Source of the DNA: a virus
Reading direction: 5' to 3' (one strand)
DNA length: 64,000 bases
Virus record (IMG/VR): IMGVR_UViG_3300025770_000006
Span: 96,001-160,000 of that record
In this document: positions 28,697 through 40,112 of the stretch, piece by piece
Numbering within the stretch: the first letter of the stretch is position 1
Layout: each line of letters starts with the position of its first letter
Made by a program: the position numbers and the translations under genes
The notes under the pieces: generated by a model
The model's database searches: none
Seen by the model: only the letters and a program-made list of their open reading frames with translations
What the model was told of the DNA's origin: nothing

Positions 28697-31600
28697 TATC
28701 ATCTCCTCCTACTCGTTTTGAGGCGGCTTTAATTGCTTTTGCTTGATCACTTAGTTGATCTAAACCTGCACTTGCACTTGAAACTGCTCCTGCAAATGGA
28801 TTTCTAAACGATGTCTGTAAGGTATCTGCGTCTTCATCTACCTCAGTAAATGAAGATAGCAAGCGATTGTTACCTCGATTGTTAAAATCAAATCCATCAC
28901 CAAAACCACTTGAAGTAGCAAAACCCCCTTGACCTGGTGGCACTCTCTCGATATTTTCACCTCGTAAAGCTGTCTGATGCTCTCTCCATTCAACTGATTT
29001 CTTCTCGGTCATATTTCTAATGCCTCTCAGTGCTGGGTTCTCAATCTCTAAGAAGTTGTCTAAGTCTAATGACCCCTCCAATAAGATTGCGTCTGTGCTG
29101 TGTATTCTACATTCGCAAACCACATTCCCATCTTCACTAGGGTAAATCTCTGAAAGAGCTGAAGGGATGTTCGTAATGATCTGTTCATCACTACGAGTCA
29201 TTAACCTATTCGCTAACACACTCGCATCATCCTTGGTTATTGCGTTATCATCTGTATCTCGTTTTTCTGCGTCTAACCCTAACCCAACCCTAAGACGATC
29301 TCTATCTTCTGCTGATAGAGACATTACTCTGCGTATATACTGTTGCTTCAATCTCTTTCTAAAATCTGTTTGGTTACTGGCTTCATCTAAGTTATCCATC
29401 GCTTCATCTAACCCTTTCGGAGTCAATACCTGTGAGGGATCTTGCCTTAAAAGAGCGTCAAATAATGTGCCTCTTGAGGGGCTTAAACCACGACCATATT
29501 GATACGCCCCAAATACCTCATACCCCTTAGCATCAGAAATAGGGAAGATTGGTGTGATGGTAGGAGTCGTATCTTTTTTCGTTGTGTATGTAGTCCCACT
29601 GAGTTCTACCGTACCCAAATCTGCTGTAGGGAGGATCGTATTTGGTTTAATCGTTCTATATACAAAACCCCTCACCGCAGTTATTAACTCTTCTTGCGTT
29701 TTGACATTTGCTTCTGTGGGGTTTGCAGTTAGCTCTTTCCATTTATCTTCATTGTACGCAAGCTTTACTTTCTCTTTAGTCAACTTTCTAAGAGCATATA
29801 CGATGACGGAAGCAAAGTGGCTGGCCAACGAGTTTGTATTTGTGACTACTTTACCCGCCCGACTCCGTTTAGCAGTTGGAGGGAACTTAATGTCTAGTCC
29901 TGTACTTTTACTTTTTTTAGAAGAGGCTAAGGTTTCCGTTGTTCCTGCAAAGATCTCTGTACCATTTGCAAAGTAATCACTTGCTTCTGCACTATCCCAA
30001 TTCGCTACAGGAAAGTCGATTCTAAGAAGAGGTACTTTCAGTTTGTCTATTTTAGGGTCTGCTGATGCATTGAAGAATCTTTCAATGATAGTACCAGCCT
30101 TTGTATTTTGATTGAAGTTTTTTGCTTTAAGCAATGCACCTTTAATATGTCTATACAAACCCTCCCAATACTCAGTTCCTGGTTTATAGTTCCTTTGAAA
30201 CCAAACCTGTGAGATTTTAAGTATAGGGCCTTTTGACTTACTTACAGAGAATTGACTAGTAACTTGAAAAGACAAAGATGTGATGTCTTTAGTCGGCACA
30301 TACTCTACACCATTAGAATACATTGTTTTCGTCATCAAACCCCTAACGATCTGTCCACGAGTGGATGAATCATTGCCGAAGACAACGGTATCCCCATCTC
30401 CATCGGGTTTAGCCTTGACTACATTATCCTTAACAGTGTCGGGTACATTGTCATTGAAACGAAGTTCGGGAACTTCTCTTTGTGTGTCTATGTTGTACTC
30501 AGTCAACTCTGGACCTTGATGTTCGGGACTTGGGTGTGATGATGAATAGTATCTAAAGTAACCCTGTGCTTTCGGAACAAAGCTCGATTTCTTATCCGAG
30601 AGAGCTGACATCAAGTTCTGTAAGGGAGAGTTGCTAGGATTACGACCCTGTGGTGATTGGATAAGGTAAATAAGGTCAAGGATCGTAGCTGTATTAGATT
30701 CCCCTGTAGGGTTGGGGTTTTTCTTTGTGCCTGCTTCACCATAGACACCTGCTGTACCTACTGCCTTCTGGATGTCGCCCTGTACTGATTCCAATCTATT
30801 AGCTTCTTTTTTCCTTGCTTTTTCAACCTTCGCGGATTGACCCCCTTTCCCTATCGCCAATGCGGCATTCCCTGCGTCCTTACGAGATTTATCCGTAATC
30901 GTCTTTAACTCTGCTGTGCCTGCAATCTCACCCTTCACTAAAGGAAGCACTACTTTTCTTGGTGCAGACCCATCACTTGAAGGGACCATTAAAAACCAAG
31001 GGCCTTTACGAAGATCCACATTAGGCTCTGCATTGAGAATACCCAATCGCATACCCTCATTGATAATCATGTTCCTATAACGCACACGCTCCTTTGGTTT
31101 TTTACCTCCTATGTTATGGAAGTCTGGTGTATAGAACAACATACTTGGACTAATGTTCTGGTGGTCAAAAGCCATGACCACATTGGGGAATCCAGTGATC
31201 TTTTTATAAGCAACATCACTGTCTTGTGATTGAGCATTAATTTGTCTGCTACCCTCATCTGTTCGATCATACCTCTTGTAAATATATCTTTCGGGTAACT
31301 CGGTGCGACCTAGATCTACTGCACGAGAAGGATCATCCCTATACTTAACTGAAGCATCTCCTGGTGGAATAAACTTTTTACGCTGACAAGTTAAGGTAAG
31401 CGATGTCGTGCATGAGCCACCATAACTGAATGAATGATTGATTGATTCCACATAATAATAGCAATCGTTCTCCTCAATGTAGACAGGATATCCTGCTTTC
31501 ATTTCGGGTCTTAGAGGAATGGTCACACTACACCCCTCTGTCGTCTTATTTTGCTTGTCTAATTCTACAGCCGCCGCATAGTATGCTTGCCTTCCATTAC

Positions 31601-33077
31601 TGTAAAAAGATGAGTCAAAATCTTGACCCTTCCAACCATATTTGGCGACCAAAGCGTAGTCCACATAGACACCCTTAACACCCCATTCTCCTGTAGGGGC
31701 GACTCCATTAAAGTTCCTAAAGTGAGATCCCTTCATAGTAACATAAGTCGCTTCGGGTTCAGCATGGGTAAAACTAATGTCGATTATATCTTCTCTGTAA
31801 ATGTTATAGACTCGATCAGAAGAGGTATCCATGTTGTACATAGGGGGTTTAAATACTAAGTCTCCATCCATGTCTTGGTAGAACTCATAGCCAGTTGCTT
31901 CACATACACGATTCGCTATGCTTTTCTTACTCTCCATGTTTGACTCAAAGAAAGAGATTTGACCAAATGAACCTAAGTCGGGTACGAAAGGTTTTAGTTG
32001 GAAAACACTCAACCCTTTCTTATCTTTCTCTGTTACTTTACCTAATAACCTCGCGTCCATTGTCCTTTGAACACGACCCTGTGTTGCGTTGTTATGTTCA
32101 AACGCTATCAAACCAGCCTTAACCATTCGAGAGAAAGAAATCCCTTTACTTTTCTCTTGTGAATAAGGTTTCTGTTGTTGTTTAATTACTCCCCTAAACT
32201 CAGCCTGCTTTTCACCTTTAGTCACAGTTTTATTCGCTACGATCTGTGTCTCTATCGCTGAATACATACGACCCGATGCACCATACATACGAAGCCCATA
32301 CATACCATTCTTGAATCGTTGCTCTAAGTACCTAATCATCAATGAGTAAAGCTGAGGTCCTGTACCCGATCTCGCTTTAATGTTCGACTTCTTTGATAAA
32401 GCGAAACCAGTACCCTCTGCACTACCTCCTGAATCTAAGAACAAATCATAAATGACTTGGTGAGGGGTCATCCCTGTATATACATGACCTCTAAGATTAA
32501 CTGAACCACGAGACATCGTAGGATCAGCGGCAAAGTATCCTTGCTGTGTATTGATCTGTTGGTTATCCCAAAAAGAGAGCATATTTCTCGTGGATATAGA
32601 CACATCATACGCCCCGTCCGTTAGTGAGACATCAACTCCCGATATGACTCCATGAAAGACAGGGTAATAAGGTCGAATCTCAGTATCTGGTGCTGATAAT
32701 GTTTCTCCATTCTCTAGGTCTATATTGTCAGCTTTTAAGGCAAGCTCTTTTACTTGGAAGAATCCCCTATAATAAACGAAAACCTCAATCCCCGATACGA
32801 GGATAAACTTACCGTCTTTATATACAGAGTCTCCATAAGCCCAAGGGATCTTCAAAGATATATCACAACCGTTAGATCCATCTACCCCACCACTTGCACT
32901 CACTGTAGTGATGAATCTTGAGAAATCAATCTTGTTCCTACAAGTTGGGCAACCAGGTAATGTTGTTTCACCATTAAAAGTAACGATGGCATCGGGAGTC
33001 CATGAACGAGTCTTTCGGTACTTATTTACAAAGTCTTCTGACCAGTTTCCTGCGTATGGTCTATTACTTACTTTCAT
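28689..33077 (-). CDS. baseplate hub protein (gp27/gpD-like) with large C-terminal extension, 1462 aa
   Basis: EFYQDMDGDLVFKPP; PLRPEMKAGYPV...YYVESINHSFSYGGSCTTSLTL. Confidence 0.75.
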   Translation of the reverse strand: MKVSNRPYAGNWSEDFVNKYRKTRSWTPDAIVTFNGETTLPGCPTCRNKIDFSRFITTVSASGGVDGSNGCDISLKIPWAYGDSVYKDGKFILVSGIEVFVYYRGFFQVKELALKADNIDLENGETLSAPDTEIRPYYPVFHGVISGVDVSLTDGAYDVSISTRNMLSFWDNQQINTQQGYFAADPTMSRGSVNLRGHVYTGMTPHQVIYDLFLDSGGSAEGTGFALSKKSNIKARSGTGPQLYSLMIRYLEQRFKNGMYGLRMYGASGRMYSAIETQIVANKTVTKGEKQAEFRGVIKQQQKPYSQEKSKGISFSRMVKAGLIAFEHNNATQGRVQRTMDARLLGKVTEKDKKGLSVFQLKPFVPDLGSFGQISFFESNMESKKSIANRVCEATGYEFYQDMDGDLVFKPPMYNMDTSSDRVYNIYREDIIDISFTHAEPEATYVTMKGSHFRNFNGVAPTGEWGVKGVYVDYALVAKYGWKGQDFDSSFYSNGRQAYYAAAVELDKQNKTTEGCSVTIPLRPEMKAGYPVYIEENDCYYYVESINHSFSYGGSCTTSLTLTCQRKKFIPPGDASVKYRDDPSRAVDLGRTELPERYIYKRYDRTDEGSRQINAQSQDSDVAYKKITGFPNVVMAFDHQNISPSMLFYTPDFHNIGGKKPKERVRYRNMIINEGMRLGILNAEPNVDLRKGPWFLMVPSSDGSAPRKVVLPLVKGEIAGTAELKTITDKSRKDAGNAALAIGKGGQSAKVEKARKKEANRLESVQGDIQKAVGTAGVYGEAGTKKNPNPTGESNTATILDLIYLIQSPQGRNPSNSPLQNLMSALSDKKSSFVPKAQGYFRYYSSSHPSPEHQGPELTEYNIDTQREVPELRFNDNVPDTVKDNVVKAKPDGDGDTVVFGNDSSTRGQIVRGLMTKTMYSNGVEYVPTKDITSLSFQVTSQFSVSKSKGPILKISQVWFQRNYKPGTEYWEGLYRHIKGALLKAKNFNQNTKAGTIIERFFNASADPKIDKLKVPLLRIDFPVANWDSAEASDYFANGTEIFAGTTETLASSKKSKSTGLDIKFPPTAKRSRAGKVVTNTNSLASHFASVIVYALRKLTKEKVKLAYNEDKWKELTANPTEANVKTQEELITAVRGFVYRTIKPNTILPTADLGTVELSGTTYTTKKDTTPTITPIFPISDAKGYEVFGAYQYGRGLSPSRGTLFDALLRQDPSQVLTPKGLDEAMDNLDEASNQTDFRKRLKQQYIRRVMSLSAEDRDRLRVGLGLDAEKRDTDDNAITKDDASVLANRLMTRSDEQIITNIPSALSEIYPSEDGNVVCECRIHSTDAILLEGSLDLDNFLEIENPALRGIRNMTEKKSVEWREHQTALRGENIERVPPGQGGFATSSGFGDGFDFNNRGNNRLLSSFTEVDEDADTLQTSFRNPFAGAVSSASAGLDQLSDQAKAIKAASKRVGGDDND

Positions 33078-33086
33078 ATTAACTCC

Positions 33087-34160
33087 TTAAAAGCCACCTA
33101 GATCAACATCGCCTGCTATAGAAGATAAAGCGTCAAGGGTACTTTGACCAATCGAACTAGCACTGCTTCCTATATCACTGAGATCATCACCCATCTGACC
33201 TATGCTACCCACTTGATCGGCACTCGCTGAAGGTGGCTTCATAGGCAATAAATGAGACTTATATTCAAAGCCCTCTTGGGTGTGCTTAAACACCGTAAAG
33301 CTCATACTAAACTCAATCCCACCATGTGGTTGATCTTCGCTTAAAGAATACTCCATGCTCTTAAGACGACCTTCCCAAGTCTGTCCATCATAGTGAATAC
33401 ATTGTGTACCCACTGCATGATAAGCTCTCGACCTACCAAGAAGATCTACAATAGTCGCACTGTTCCTATATAAAGCGAGGATGGATGTTAGATTTCTGAA
33501 CGCTAAACTATCTCTGCGACTCACATATTGTAAGCCAGATATGCCTTGAATGTTCCCGTCAAAGTCTGGTACTTCTACTTTATCTCTACCTGCTATAAAT
33601 GCACCTATCGTACAGTTGATTGTGATCTCGGTTTGTTCCTCTCCCCAACGATGAAAGATAAAACCATAGCGAGTTACATCTCCATAACTCTGCCGATCTG
33701 TATAGTTAAAAGAAATAGAGTTAGGGTTGATAGCAAATACAATAGGGGGCAAGTCTAACATACGCCTGTGTTGTGCCATGATTGAACGGATCTGATCTCG
33801 GTCTGTAAACCCAGCATCTTGTCTTAACTCATTGTTCTCATCTCTTCTCGCTCCATCTATTGGTCTTAATGCGTAAGTAGGGAGATTAGGCTTGAACATC
33901 GCCACCTCTTTATTCTGCATTGAAGAAATCCTGCCCCTAGACTGACTGACACCACTAAAAGGCTGACCACTAGGGTTTTTTATATACTCACCAATGTAAG
34001 GTGGGTTTAGCCTCAATACAAAAGGAGACATGGATCTTAAATGTTCCATACGACCATGTTCTAAAGGGATCGCCCCTGGATTATCTTCGGGGAATAAAAT
34101 AAACTCTTCTGTGGTTGGTAAGTCTACAAAGGGCTTTGTGTCTACTGTTGCTTTAGCCAT
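33087..34160 (-). CDS. baseplate / tail-tube initiator-like protein, 357 aa
   Basis: AINPNSISFNY...WGEEQTEITI; paralogous to 34163..34834; lies after the tape measure gene. Confidence 0.65.
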   Translation of the reverse strand: MAKATVDTKPFVDLPTTEEFILFPEDNPGAIPLEHGRMEHLRSMSPFVLRLNPPYIGEYIKNPSGQPFSGVSQSRGRISSMQNKEVAMFKPNLPTYALRPIDGARRDENNELRQDAGFTDRDQIRSIMAQHRRMLDLPPIVFAINPNSISFNYTDRQSYGDVTRYGFIFHRWGEEQTEITINCTIGAFIAGRDKVEVPDFDGNIQGISGLQYVSRRDSLAFRNLTSILALYRNSATIVDLLGRSRAYHAVGTQCIHYDGQTWEGRLKSMEYSLSEDQPHGGIEFSMSFTVFKHTQEGFEYKSHLLPMKPPSASADQVGSIGQMGDDLSDIGSSASSIGQSTLDALSSIAGDVDLGGF

Positions 34161-34162
34161 GA

Positions 34163-34834
34163 CTAAAACCTTTCTGAAGGCATTTGAGTTCTTACTCCAT
34201 GATACTCCCTCTCCACTTGCATCGCCAAACTCACATTAAAACTGTAAGGTGTGTTTGCGTCATCTGTCACACTAAAAGACTGAAACCACCCGAACCATAC
34301 CCCTCCGTCAAAGATCATCTTGATCTTACCTTGTACGATGACCCTACCTGTCTGATCATAGATCGACCCATTGTTATGAAAGAGAGCGAGTAGGTCGAGG
34401 TACTTATCATAAGTGATTGTCTCTCGTCTTGTGCCACCTATACTTGTTCCGATAGTTGTTTCTTTAAGTGGTGGAGGACCCATGAAATCAGTGTAAGTTG
34501 TCGATGTTTGAGAGTTAGGGGGGATTGTTACTGGGCCAGTCACTGCACTTAGACCAGTATAGGGTCTGATGAAAGCACCACTAGATGCTTCAAGTGATAT
34601 GGTCGTAGGGTTATCTCCCCAATAGTATTCAATCCAACCACTCAGCGTGGGAGAAATCTCATGCTTCTTCTCGTATGAGAATGAGATGTTCTTCGGGTTT
34701 GCGTGTAAGGTCATCTTCACATCATCGGGCAACAAAGAGGTAACCCCATCGGGAGCGACTATATCAAAGACAAAAGGTCTAATACCTAGATTGGAATCGG
34801 CTATGTCTTTATGTGGTATGGGTGATTTAATCAT
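34163..34834 (-). CDS. baseplate / tail-tube initiator-like protein, 223 aa
   Basis: ANPKNISFSY...YWGDNPTTISL; GWFQSFSVTDDA. Confidence 0.65.
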   Translation of the reverse strand: MIKSPIPHKDIADSNLGIRPFVFDIVAPDGVTSLLPDDVKMTLHANPKNISFSYEKKHEISPTLSGWIEYYWGDNPTTISLEASSGAFIRPYTGLSAVTGPVTIPPNSQTSTTYTDFMGPPPLKETTIGTSIGGTRRETITYDKYLDLLALFHNNGSIYDQTGRVIVQGKIKMIFDGGVWFGWFQSFSVTDDANTPYSFNVSLAMQVEREYHGVRTQMPSERF

Positions 34835-37800
34835 CTAGTCCCTCCCATGATTTTATCTTGTGCTTTTTTGATTTCGTTCACAACTTGACGACCAGTGTCC
34901 ACAGGGTTCTTTGATCCATCAACAGTGATTGAGATGTTAAAGTTCCCACCTCCACCTCCACCTCCATATTTAGAGATGGCTTGATCTACATAGTTATTGA
35001 CAGCCCCACCTGGTTTGGTCATCGCCATTGCACCACCACCTAAAGGGGAGGGGAGATCTTGAGGGTCAATGCTCCAAAGATTGCCTCGTCCATCAAGCCA
35101 AAAGTCCTTCTTTTTTTTAGCTTTAGCTACTATTTTTTTAGCTTTAGTTTCTGCTGGAGTACCTGCTGTGTTACCTGCTGTAGTACCTGCTGGAGTACCT
35201 GCTGTGTTACCTGCTGGAGTACCTGCTGTAGGAGTTCCTGCTGTAGCAGGTGTAGAGTTAAAGCCTAATAGAGATCTTGCCGCTTGATTGCCAGTTAAAG
35301 CCCTACTATTAACCATACGCTGTATCCCCTCTTCTCCTTTTCTCTTTTGATAAGCGTCATAGACCTTTCCAGCGGAAGCCTCTTTACCTAAACCAAGCAT
35401 ATCTCGCATCTCTTGTATCTCTTTATCTTCCATTTCTTTTTGGGCCTGAATATACGCATTTTTTGCAGTTTCTTCCTCTATCTCTTGTCTTGCTTTAGCG
35501 TCTACCTTCGCTTGGTTTTGGAGGTCTGATTTCTTTAATGGAGCGTTTAACTCTGCGACTGCCTCTTTCGATAGTTCTGCATTTACATCCTTTTCACTTA
35601 TGTTTTTTCCAATCTCCTTATCCCATACATCTTCAACTAAAGTTTTATCCTTTCCTTCCTTATCCTTCCCTATTAGTTTCCTGGTAGATTGACCCATCGC
35701 CATACCCTTAGAAGAAAGATCCAATCTCATTTCATTTTGTGCCATAAATTTCAATACTTCGGGAGACATTTCTTCTCTCTTTGTAGTAGTAATATACTTC
35801 ATAAGATCACGATGCGTACCCCCTCCTATAATATCTGCGATAGGGGCAAACTGTTTAGCGATCTTATCCACTGCTTCCCCTAAAGCACCCTCCTCTTTAC
35901 CTGTCCTCGCTCTTGTTTTTAGTGCTGTGTCGCCACTCAATCTTAGCATTTCCTCTTTGGTCTGAGTTCCAACTCCTAAATGATACGAGGTGGTCTGCAA
36001 GTTCCTTAACTGTTCTCTTGATCTACCCTCTCTTGCCTTTAACTCAACTAGATCTTTTTCTTTCTGAGCTAGTGCTTTTTGGTCAGCCTCATACTTTTTC
36101 TTCTCCTTACCGTCCATTTTCTTTTTAAAAGACAAACTGTGGAGTCTTTCTTTTTCAGCCTTAATCTTAGCTTCTTCTAACTTTTTCTCCTCAGATAGAG
36201 CTTGGACTCGCTCTCCCACGAGTTCTAAGGCATCTTTTCTGTTCTGTTTCTCAGCAGGATTAGCCCCCTTACCAGAGAAGAAAGACACCATATTATATAT
36301 CCCACCCGAAATGTCATTCAAGATCCCTGCTATCGTGTTATTCAAGACATCGAATACAGAGGTAGTTGCTTTGATTCCTTCAGATAAATACTGCTCTTGG
36401 GTTTTAGCCGCTTCTTCTGGTTTGAGTCCTTCAAACTTAGCCTCGTCTTGTGCTTGCAAGTAATCAGAGAAGTTATCAACAGCCGTCTTAGTTGATAAGG
36501 AAATAAGTTTACCGTCTTTTGCTTCCAACCCTTGTTTCGCTAAGAAGGTCTTTTCCTCTGAAGTAAGTTTTCTATCGTCCTTATTAGCCACCTTAGCGAT
36601 TTCTTCGGCTTTCCTCATATCACCCTTCATTGTTGTTTGAAGTTGGGCGAACGCTTCTATTTGCTCTTTAGTGACATCAAACTTAGTTAACATTTCTTTT
36701 GTAACCACGCCTGCATCATTTAAATCCTTGTCTCCAATCCTAGACTCGATCATAGAAAACTTAGTCTTTAAGTTTGCCGAGGCCCCCTGCTCTTCTTGAG
36801 CACCTTGCACCTCTGCCGATGTCGCTTTATCTTTTGTACCTCTAGCAAGCCTTATGAACTTATATAGTTGATCGGTGAACTCTCCAGTTGCATCCTCCCC
36901 CCCTACTTCTTTCATCCTCGAAAATAAGTCCTGTCTTCCCTTATTATCAAGATGTGCTAACTTTTTGATCAGATCTGCTTCATCTTCCGCACCTAGCGTT
37001 TTATCCTCCATAAGTTTTTGCATCATGCCCCCTTTCCCAGTCTCACCCCCGAAAGACTCCTTAAAGGATTTCCCAAACTTAATCGCTTCTACCTTTAATG
37101 TCTTTTTGACTTCCTTTGACTTGGCCAGCATATTACGCTTCATTTGTTCAAGGTATCCCTCACTTCTGAACCCAGAGAACAGAGATTGTAGAGCTTTATC
37201 TAGTCCACTCTTACCAAGGACAGAAGCGAATCTAAGGAATAAAGTACCAGCTTCTTTTGTTCTGTAGTTCATGTTCTCAAGTTGGTCAGTGAGTTCTTGT
37301 ACCTTCTTGAAAAAGTTCCCTGTAGAGTAGCTTGATTGTAAAGCCATATCTCTAATGTTGGCAAAGTCTCCTGCCATTTTGCCAATAATAGAACCGTCTT
37401 TAGCAGACACCCCTAAGTCATGTGAAAACTTAGCCATGTACCCTTGGGCTTCGTCCATCGAGATACCAAGACCAAAAGCCATACCCTTAGCTGACTTCAT
37501 GGCTTCTTTCATTTTCACCATGCTTGATTCTTCACCCCCAAACTGTTTGATACCCATATTCAAACTATTAAAACCAGCCACTAGAGCCATCGTATCTGCA
37601 AGGGGTATACCCATAGCGTTGGCAAAGTCTTTATCTCTAAAGGTGTCTCTTACTTTCTCAAGATTTTTCTGTGTGTCTCCTGTCCCTAATTTAATATCGT
37701 CAATCGCCACACCACCCTCTAAGAGAGCTTTATTTGCTTCGAGGACAGTTCCCTCTACGAACTGAAAGAGCTTTACGAGCATCATGATTGAGCCACCTAT

Positions 37801-38517
37801 AACAGCAACCGTACTTACTACCTTAGACAGTCCACCGAGCATATCCGCAAACTCTTTACTTCCTTTACCTGCCCCCGCCTTTTCTTCTGCTTCACCTGCT
37901 TTCTCAGATAAAAACCCACCTAATGATTTAAGACCTCCTGCAAAAGTGTTACCCCAACTCTCAAGATCCTTAGCTCCCGAAGTGAAAGCACTAACTGACG
38001 CTTCAAACCTGTTAGAGAACTTTTCTTCTATCATAGCACCAGTTTTACCAAGTTCTTTGATACGCTCTTCTCGGTTCTCTAGCACTTTAGAGTATTGTAG
38101 GAGACTATGCTCTGCCCCCTTACCAAACTCAGCGGCATTCTTCTGCATCAGTTTAGCTTCTCTAGCCAACTTGTTTATTTCTTGATTGATTTTCCCAACG
38201 ACCTTGAGCTGTGCGTCCCTCCCTTTTGCATTACCCTCTTGATCTAATTTGAGGAGCTTTTCCTTTGCCTCTCTAAGATTGTTAGTCGCCTCAACCTGTG
38301 CTTCTTGAGCTTGCTTTGCGGCTGTAATGATACGCATTGCAGATTTCTCATCGCCTGCCCTAAGAGTCTTGTCGATGAGTTTGTCTTGTTCTTTAAGGAC
38401 AGCTTGTAGGTCTTTAATCGACCCGATTGACCCCTTTAATATGTCAGACTGACCAGACTCGTTGATCTCTTTAAGAACAGTTGAAAAAATGTCCGTTAAC
38501 TCTGTAGTGTTAGCCAT
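34831..38517 (-). CDS. tail tape measure protein, 1228 aa
   Basis: long helical A/G/K-rich protein downstream of tube and chaperones; C-terminal NISITVDG block. Confidence 0.8.
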   Translation of the reverse strand: MANTTELTDIFSTVLKEINESGQSDILKGSIGSIKDLQAVLKEQDKLIDKTLRAGDEKSAMRIITAAKQAQEAQVEATNNLREAKEKLLKLDQEGNAKGRDAQLKVVGKINQEINKLAREAKLMQKNAAEFGKGAEHSLLQYSKVLENREERIKELGKTGAMIEEKFSNRFEASVSAFTSGAKDLESWGNTFAGGLKSLGGFLSEKAGEAEEKAGAGKGSKEFADMLGGLSKVVSTVAVIGGSIMMLVKLFQFVEGTVLEANKALLEGGVAIDDIKLGTGDTQKNLEKVRDTFRDKDFANAMGIPLADTMALVAGFNSLNMGIKQFGGEESSMVKMKEAMKSAKGMAFGLGISMDEAQGYMAKFSHDLGVSAKDGSIIGKMAGDFANIRDMALQSSYSTGNFFKKVQELTDQLENMNYRTKEAGTLFLRFASVLGKSGLDKALQSLFSGFRSEGYLEQMKRNMLAKSKEVKKTLKVEAIKFGKSFKESFGGETGKGGMMQKLMEDKTLGAEDEADLIKKLAHLDNKGRQDLFSRMKEVGGEDATGEFTDQLYKFIRLARGTKDKATSAEVQGAQEEQGASANLKTKFSMIESRIGDKDLNDAGVVTKEMLTKFDVTKEQIEAFAQLQTTMKGDMRKAEEIAKVANKDDRKLTSEEKTFLAKQGLEAKDGKLISLSTKTAVDNFSDYLQAQDEAKFEGLKPEEAAKTQEQYLSEGIKATTSVFDVLNNTIAGILNDISGGIYNMVSFFSGKGANPAEKQNRKDALELVGERVQALSEEKKLEEAKIKAEKERLHSLSFKKKMDGKEKKKYEADQKALAQKEKDLVELKAREGRSREQLRNLQTTSYHLGVGTQTKEEMLRLSGDTALKTRARTGKEEGALGEAVDKIAKQFAPIADIIGGGTHRDLMKYITTTKREEMSPEVLKFMAQNEMRLDLSSKGMAMGQSTRKLIGKDKEGKDKTLVEDVWDKEIGKNISEKDVNAELSKEAVAELNAPLKKSDLQNQAKVDAKARQEIEEETAKNAYIQAQKEMEDKEIQEMRDMLGLGKEASAGKVYDAYQKRKGEEGIQRMVNSRALTGNQAARSLLGFNSTPATAGTPTAGTPAGNTAGTPAGTTAGNTAGTPAETKAKKIVAKAKKKKDFWLDGRGNLWSIDPQDLPSPLGGGAMAMTKPGGAVNNYVDQAISKYGGGGGGGNFNISITVDGSKNPVDTGRQVVNEIKKAQDKIMGGTR
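35152..35250 (-). repeat. 12-bp degenerate tandem repeat encoding (PAGT/TAGN)n in the tape measure gene
   Basis: ACCTGCTG(G/T)AGT units. Confidence 0.8.
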
Positions 38518-38521
38518 GATC

Positions 38522-39592
38522 TTACCTCTCTAACTTCGGTAAAGGTCTGTTCGCAATCTGCTCTTGCAAAGATGGCATCTTGCCACCAGGGACTTGTTGT
38601 GACTTAAAGTATCTCTTGGAAAGATGTTCAGAGTATTCTTGACCTTCATCAAAGTTAATCGTGCTTCGTTCTCTTCCTTGAGTCATCTGAGCCACCTCTT
38701 CATCTGTGTATGCTCTAATAGGTGAACTCATAGATAAACTATTCATCTCGTGAACTTGCATCGCCATTTCACGAGCTTCTTGTGCTTGACGACTAAGAAA
38801 TCCTTTTCTTTTTTCCATGTGCTCCATCACTTGGGATTTATATTCTTTCACCGCTTTATCGTGATTGTCCTCTTTACCCTCAATCCAATCCCAATACTCG
38901 CCCTGTAGCTCCTCTACCGATTTCTCGGCTTTGAGTTTTTCTTTCTTCTCATCATTTAAATCACCTTTATTCGCCTCCTCGATTAACCTCTCTCGATACT
39001 CCGATTCTTTCTTCTTTCGCCCTTCCCAATCCCTCTGTGCTTTTTGAACACCTTTAGGGTTCATTGAAGAAGCAATGAAGAACGCCCGACCCCATTCGTC
39101 TTCTATATCACCCTTCTTATCTTCTGCTTCGTTATAGGCGATCCAACTCTTTTGTAAATCGGTGAGGGGAAAGCTCTGTGCTGTAAAAGTCATCCCGAAC
39201 CGAGATGCTTGTTTCCACTCTTCCCACAAAACACGAGACTGATGTGTATAGCAAAACGCTTCAAAGGAACTCGCAAAAGAGTGAGACTCCTTCACACAAC
39301 ACCAGTAATATCTTATGACTCTCGTAGTAAAACGAGGGCAAGATAGAAAGTGTTTTAAGACCTCAAACGAGACATCTTGAGAGACATCAAACCCCCCAAT
39401 AGACTGCAAAGTCCTAGCCAAGATGAAAGAGCTTTTTTCGACCTCGTACTCAGCATAGTCATCACTACGATGTACATCTTCGAGCATAGGTAGTCGAAAC
39501 CGAAGTGTATATCCCTTTTTAACAGAGACTACTAAGCCTTGACCACCAGTCTTAATGTAGTCGTGTATGGCTTCATGGTACTTCTTTTTCAT
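38522..39592 (-). CDS. putative tail assembly chaperone 2, 356 aa
   Basis: position between tube and tape measure. Confidence 0.55.
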   Translation of the reverse strand: MKKKYHEAIHDYIKTGGQGLVVSVKKGYTLRFRLPMLEDVHRSDDYAEYEVEKSSFILARTLQSIGGFDVSQDVSFEVLKHFLSCPRFTTRVIRYYWCCVKESHSFASSFEAFCYTHQSRVLWEEWKQASRFGMTFTAQSFPLTDLQKSWIAYNEAEDKKGDIEDEWGRAFFIASSMNPKGVQKAQRDWEGRKKKESEYRERLIEEANKGDLNDEKKEKLKAEKSVEELQGEYWDWIEGKEDNHDKAVKEYKSQVMEHMEKRKGFLSRQAQEAREMAMQVHEMNSLSMSSPIRAYTDEEVAQMTQGRERSTINFDEGQEYSEHLSKRYFKSQQVPGGKMPSLQEQIANRPLPKLER

Positions 39593-40112
39593 CGTTCTCA
39601 AGATTTTCTAACTTTTGAGAAACTTCAAGGTTTTCAATACGAGCTTTCAACTGCTCTTTTTCTACCTCTGTGTCCTCAATGTTTATCTTTAAACTCTCGT
39701 CTAGTCCTTGCTCTAGCTCCTCTGATAGAAGCCCATACTGCTCGAATAACTTAGATAGTACATACTTAGACCAACTGTCCATTACTTGAACAACTGCTTC
39801 TTCTTTAGAAACCTTAACTGCTTTACCATTTGGTAATGTGTCGCCTGTCTCGATTTCTTTTAAACCACGCAAATCGAGATCACCTACTTGAATGATAGAC
39901 CGAGCAAGTGTCTCTCTACGAAAGGTGTCCGCAAACTCAACAGCAGATGAACCCTCAAGTTCGGGCAACATTTTCTGTACCTCAAGCTCCTCTTTTGGAG
40001 TGAGGTGCTTGATGAAGACCTTAATACCTTTAAGGTCTACTTCTCTTTCTCTTTGACAGAGTTGAGTAAGAGGAGACATCAACTCAAAGAGTTGTGATAA
40101 ATTGATTGTCAT
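39573..40112 (-). CDS. putative tail assembly chaperone 1, 179 aa
   Basis: position directly after the tube gene; IKHLTPKEE...LARSI. Confidence 0.6.
   Translation of the reverse strand: MTINLSQLFELMSPLTQLCQREREVDLKGIKVFIKHLTPKEELEVQKMLPELEGSSAVEFADTFRRETLARSIIQVGDLDLRGLKEIETGDTLPNGKAVKVSKEEAVVQVMDSWSKYVLSKLFEQYGLLSEELEQGLDESLKINIEDTEVEKEQLKARIENLEVSQKLENLENDEKEVP

Noticed and set aside
39560-39610. Programmed -1 frameshift between the tail chaperones
   Set aside because: The downstream ORF is in the +1 frame with its own ATG, and the -1 frame after GAAAAAG closes within about 17 codons.
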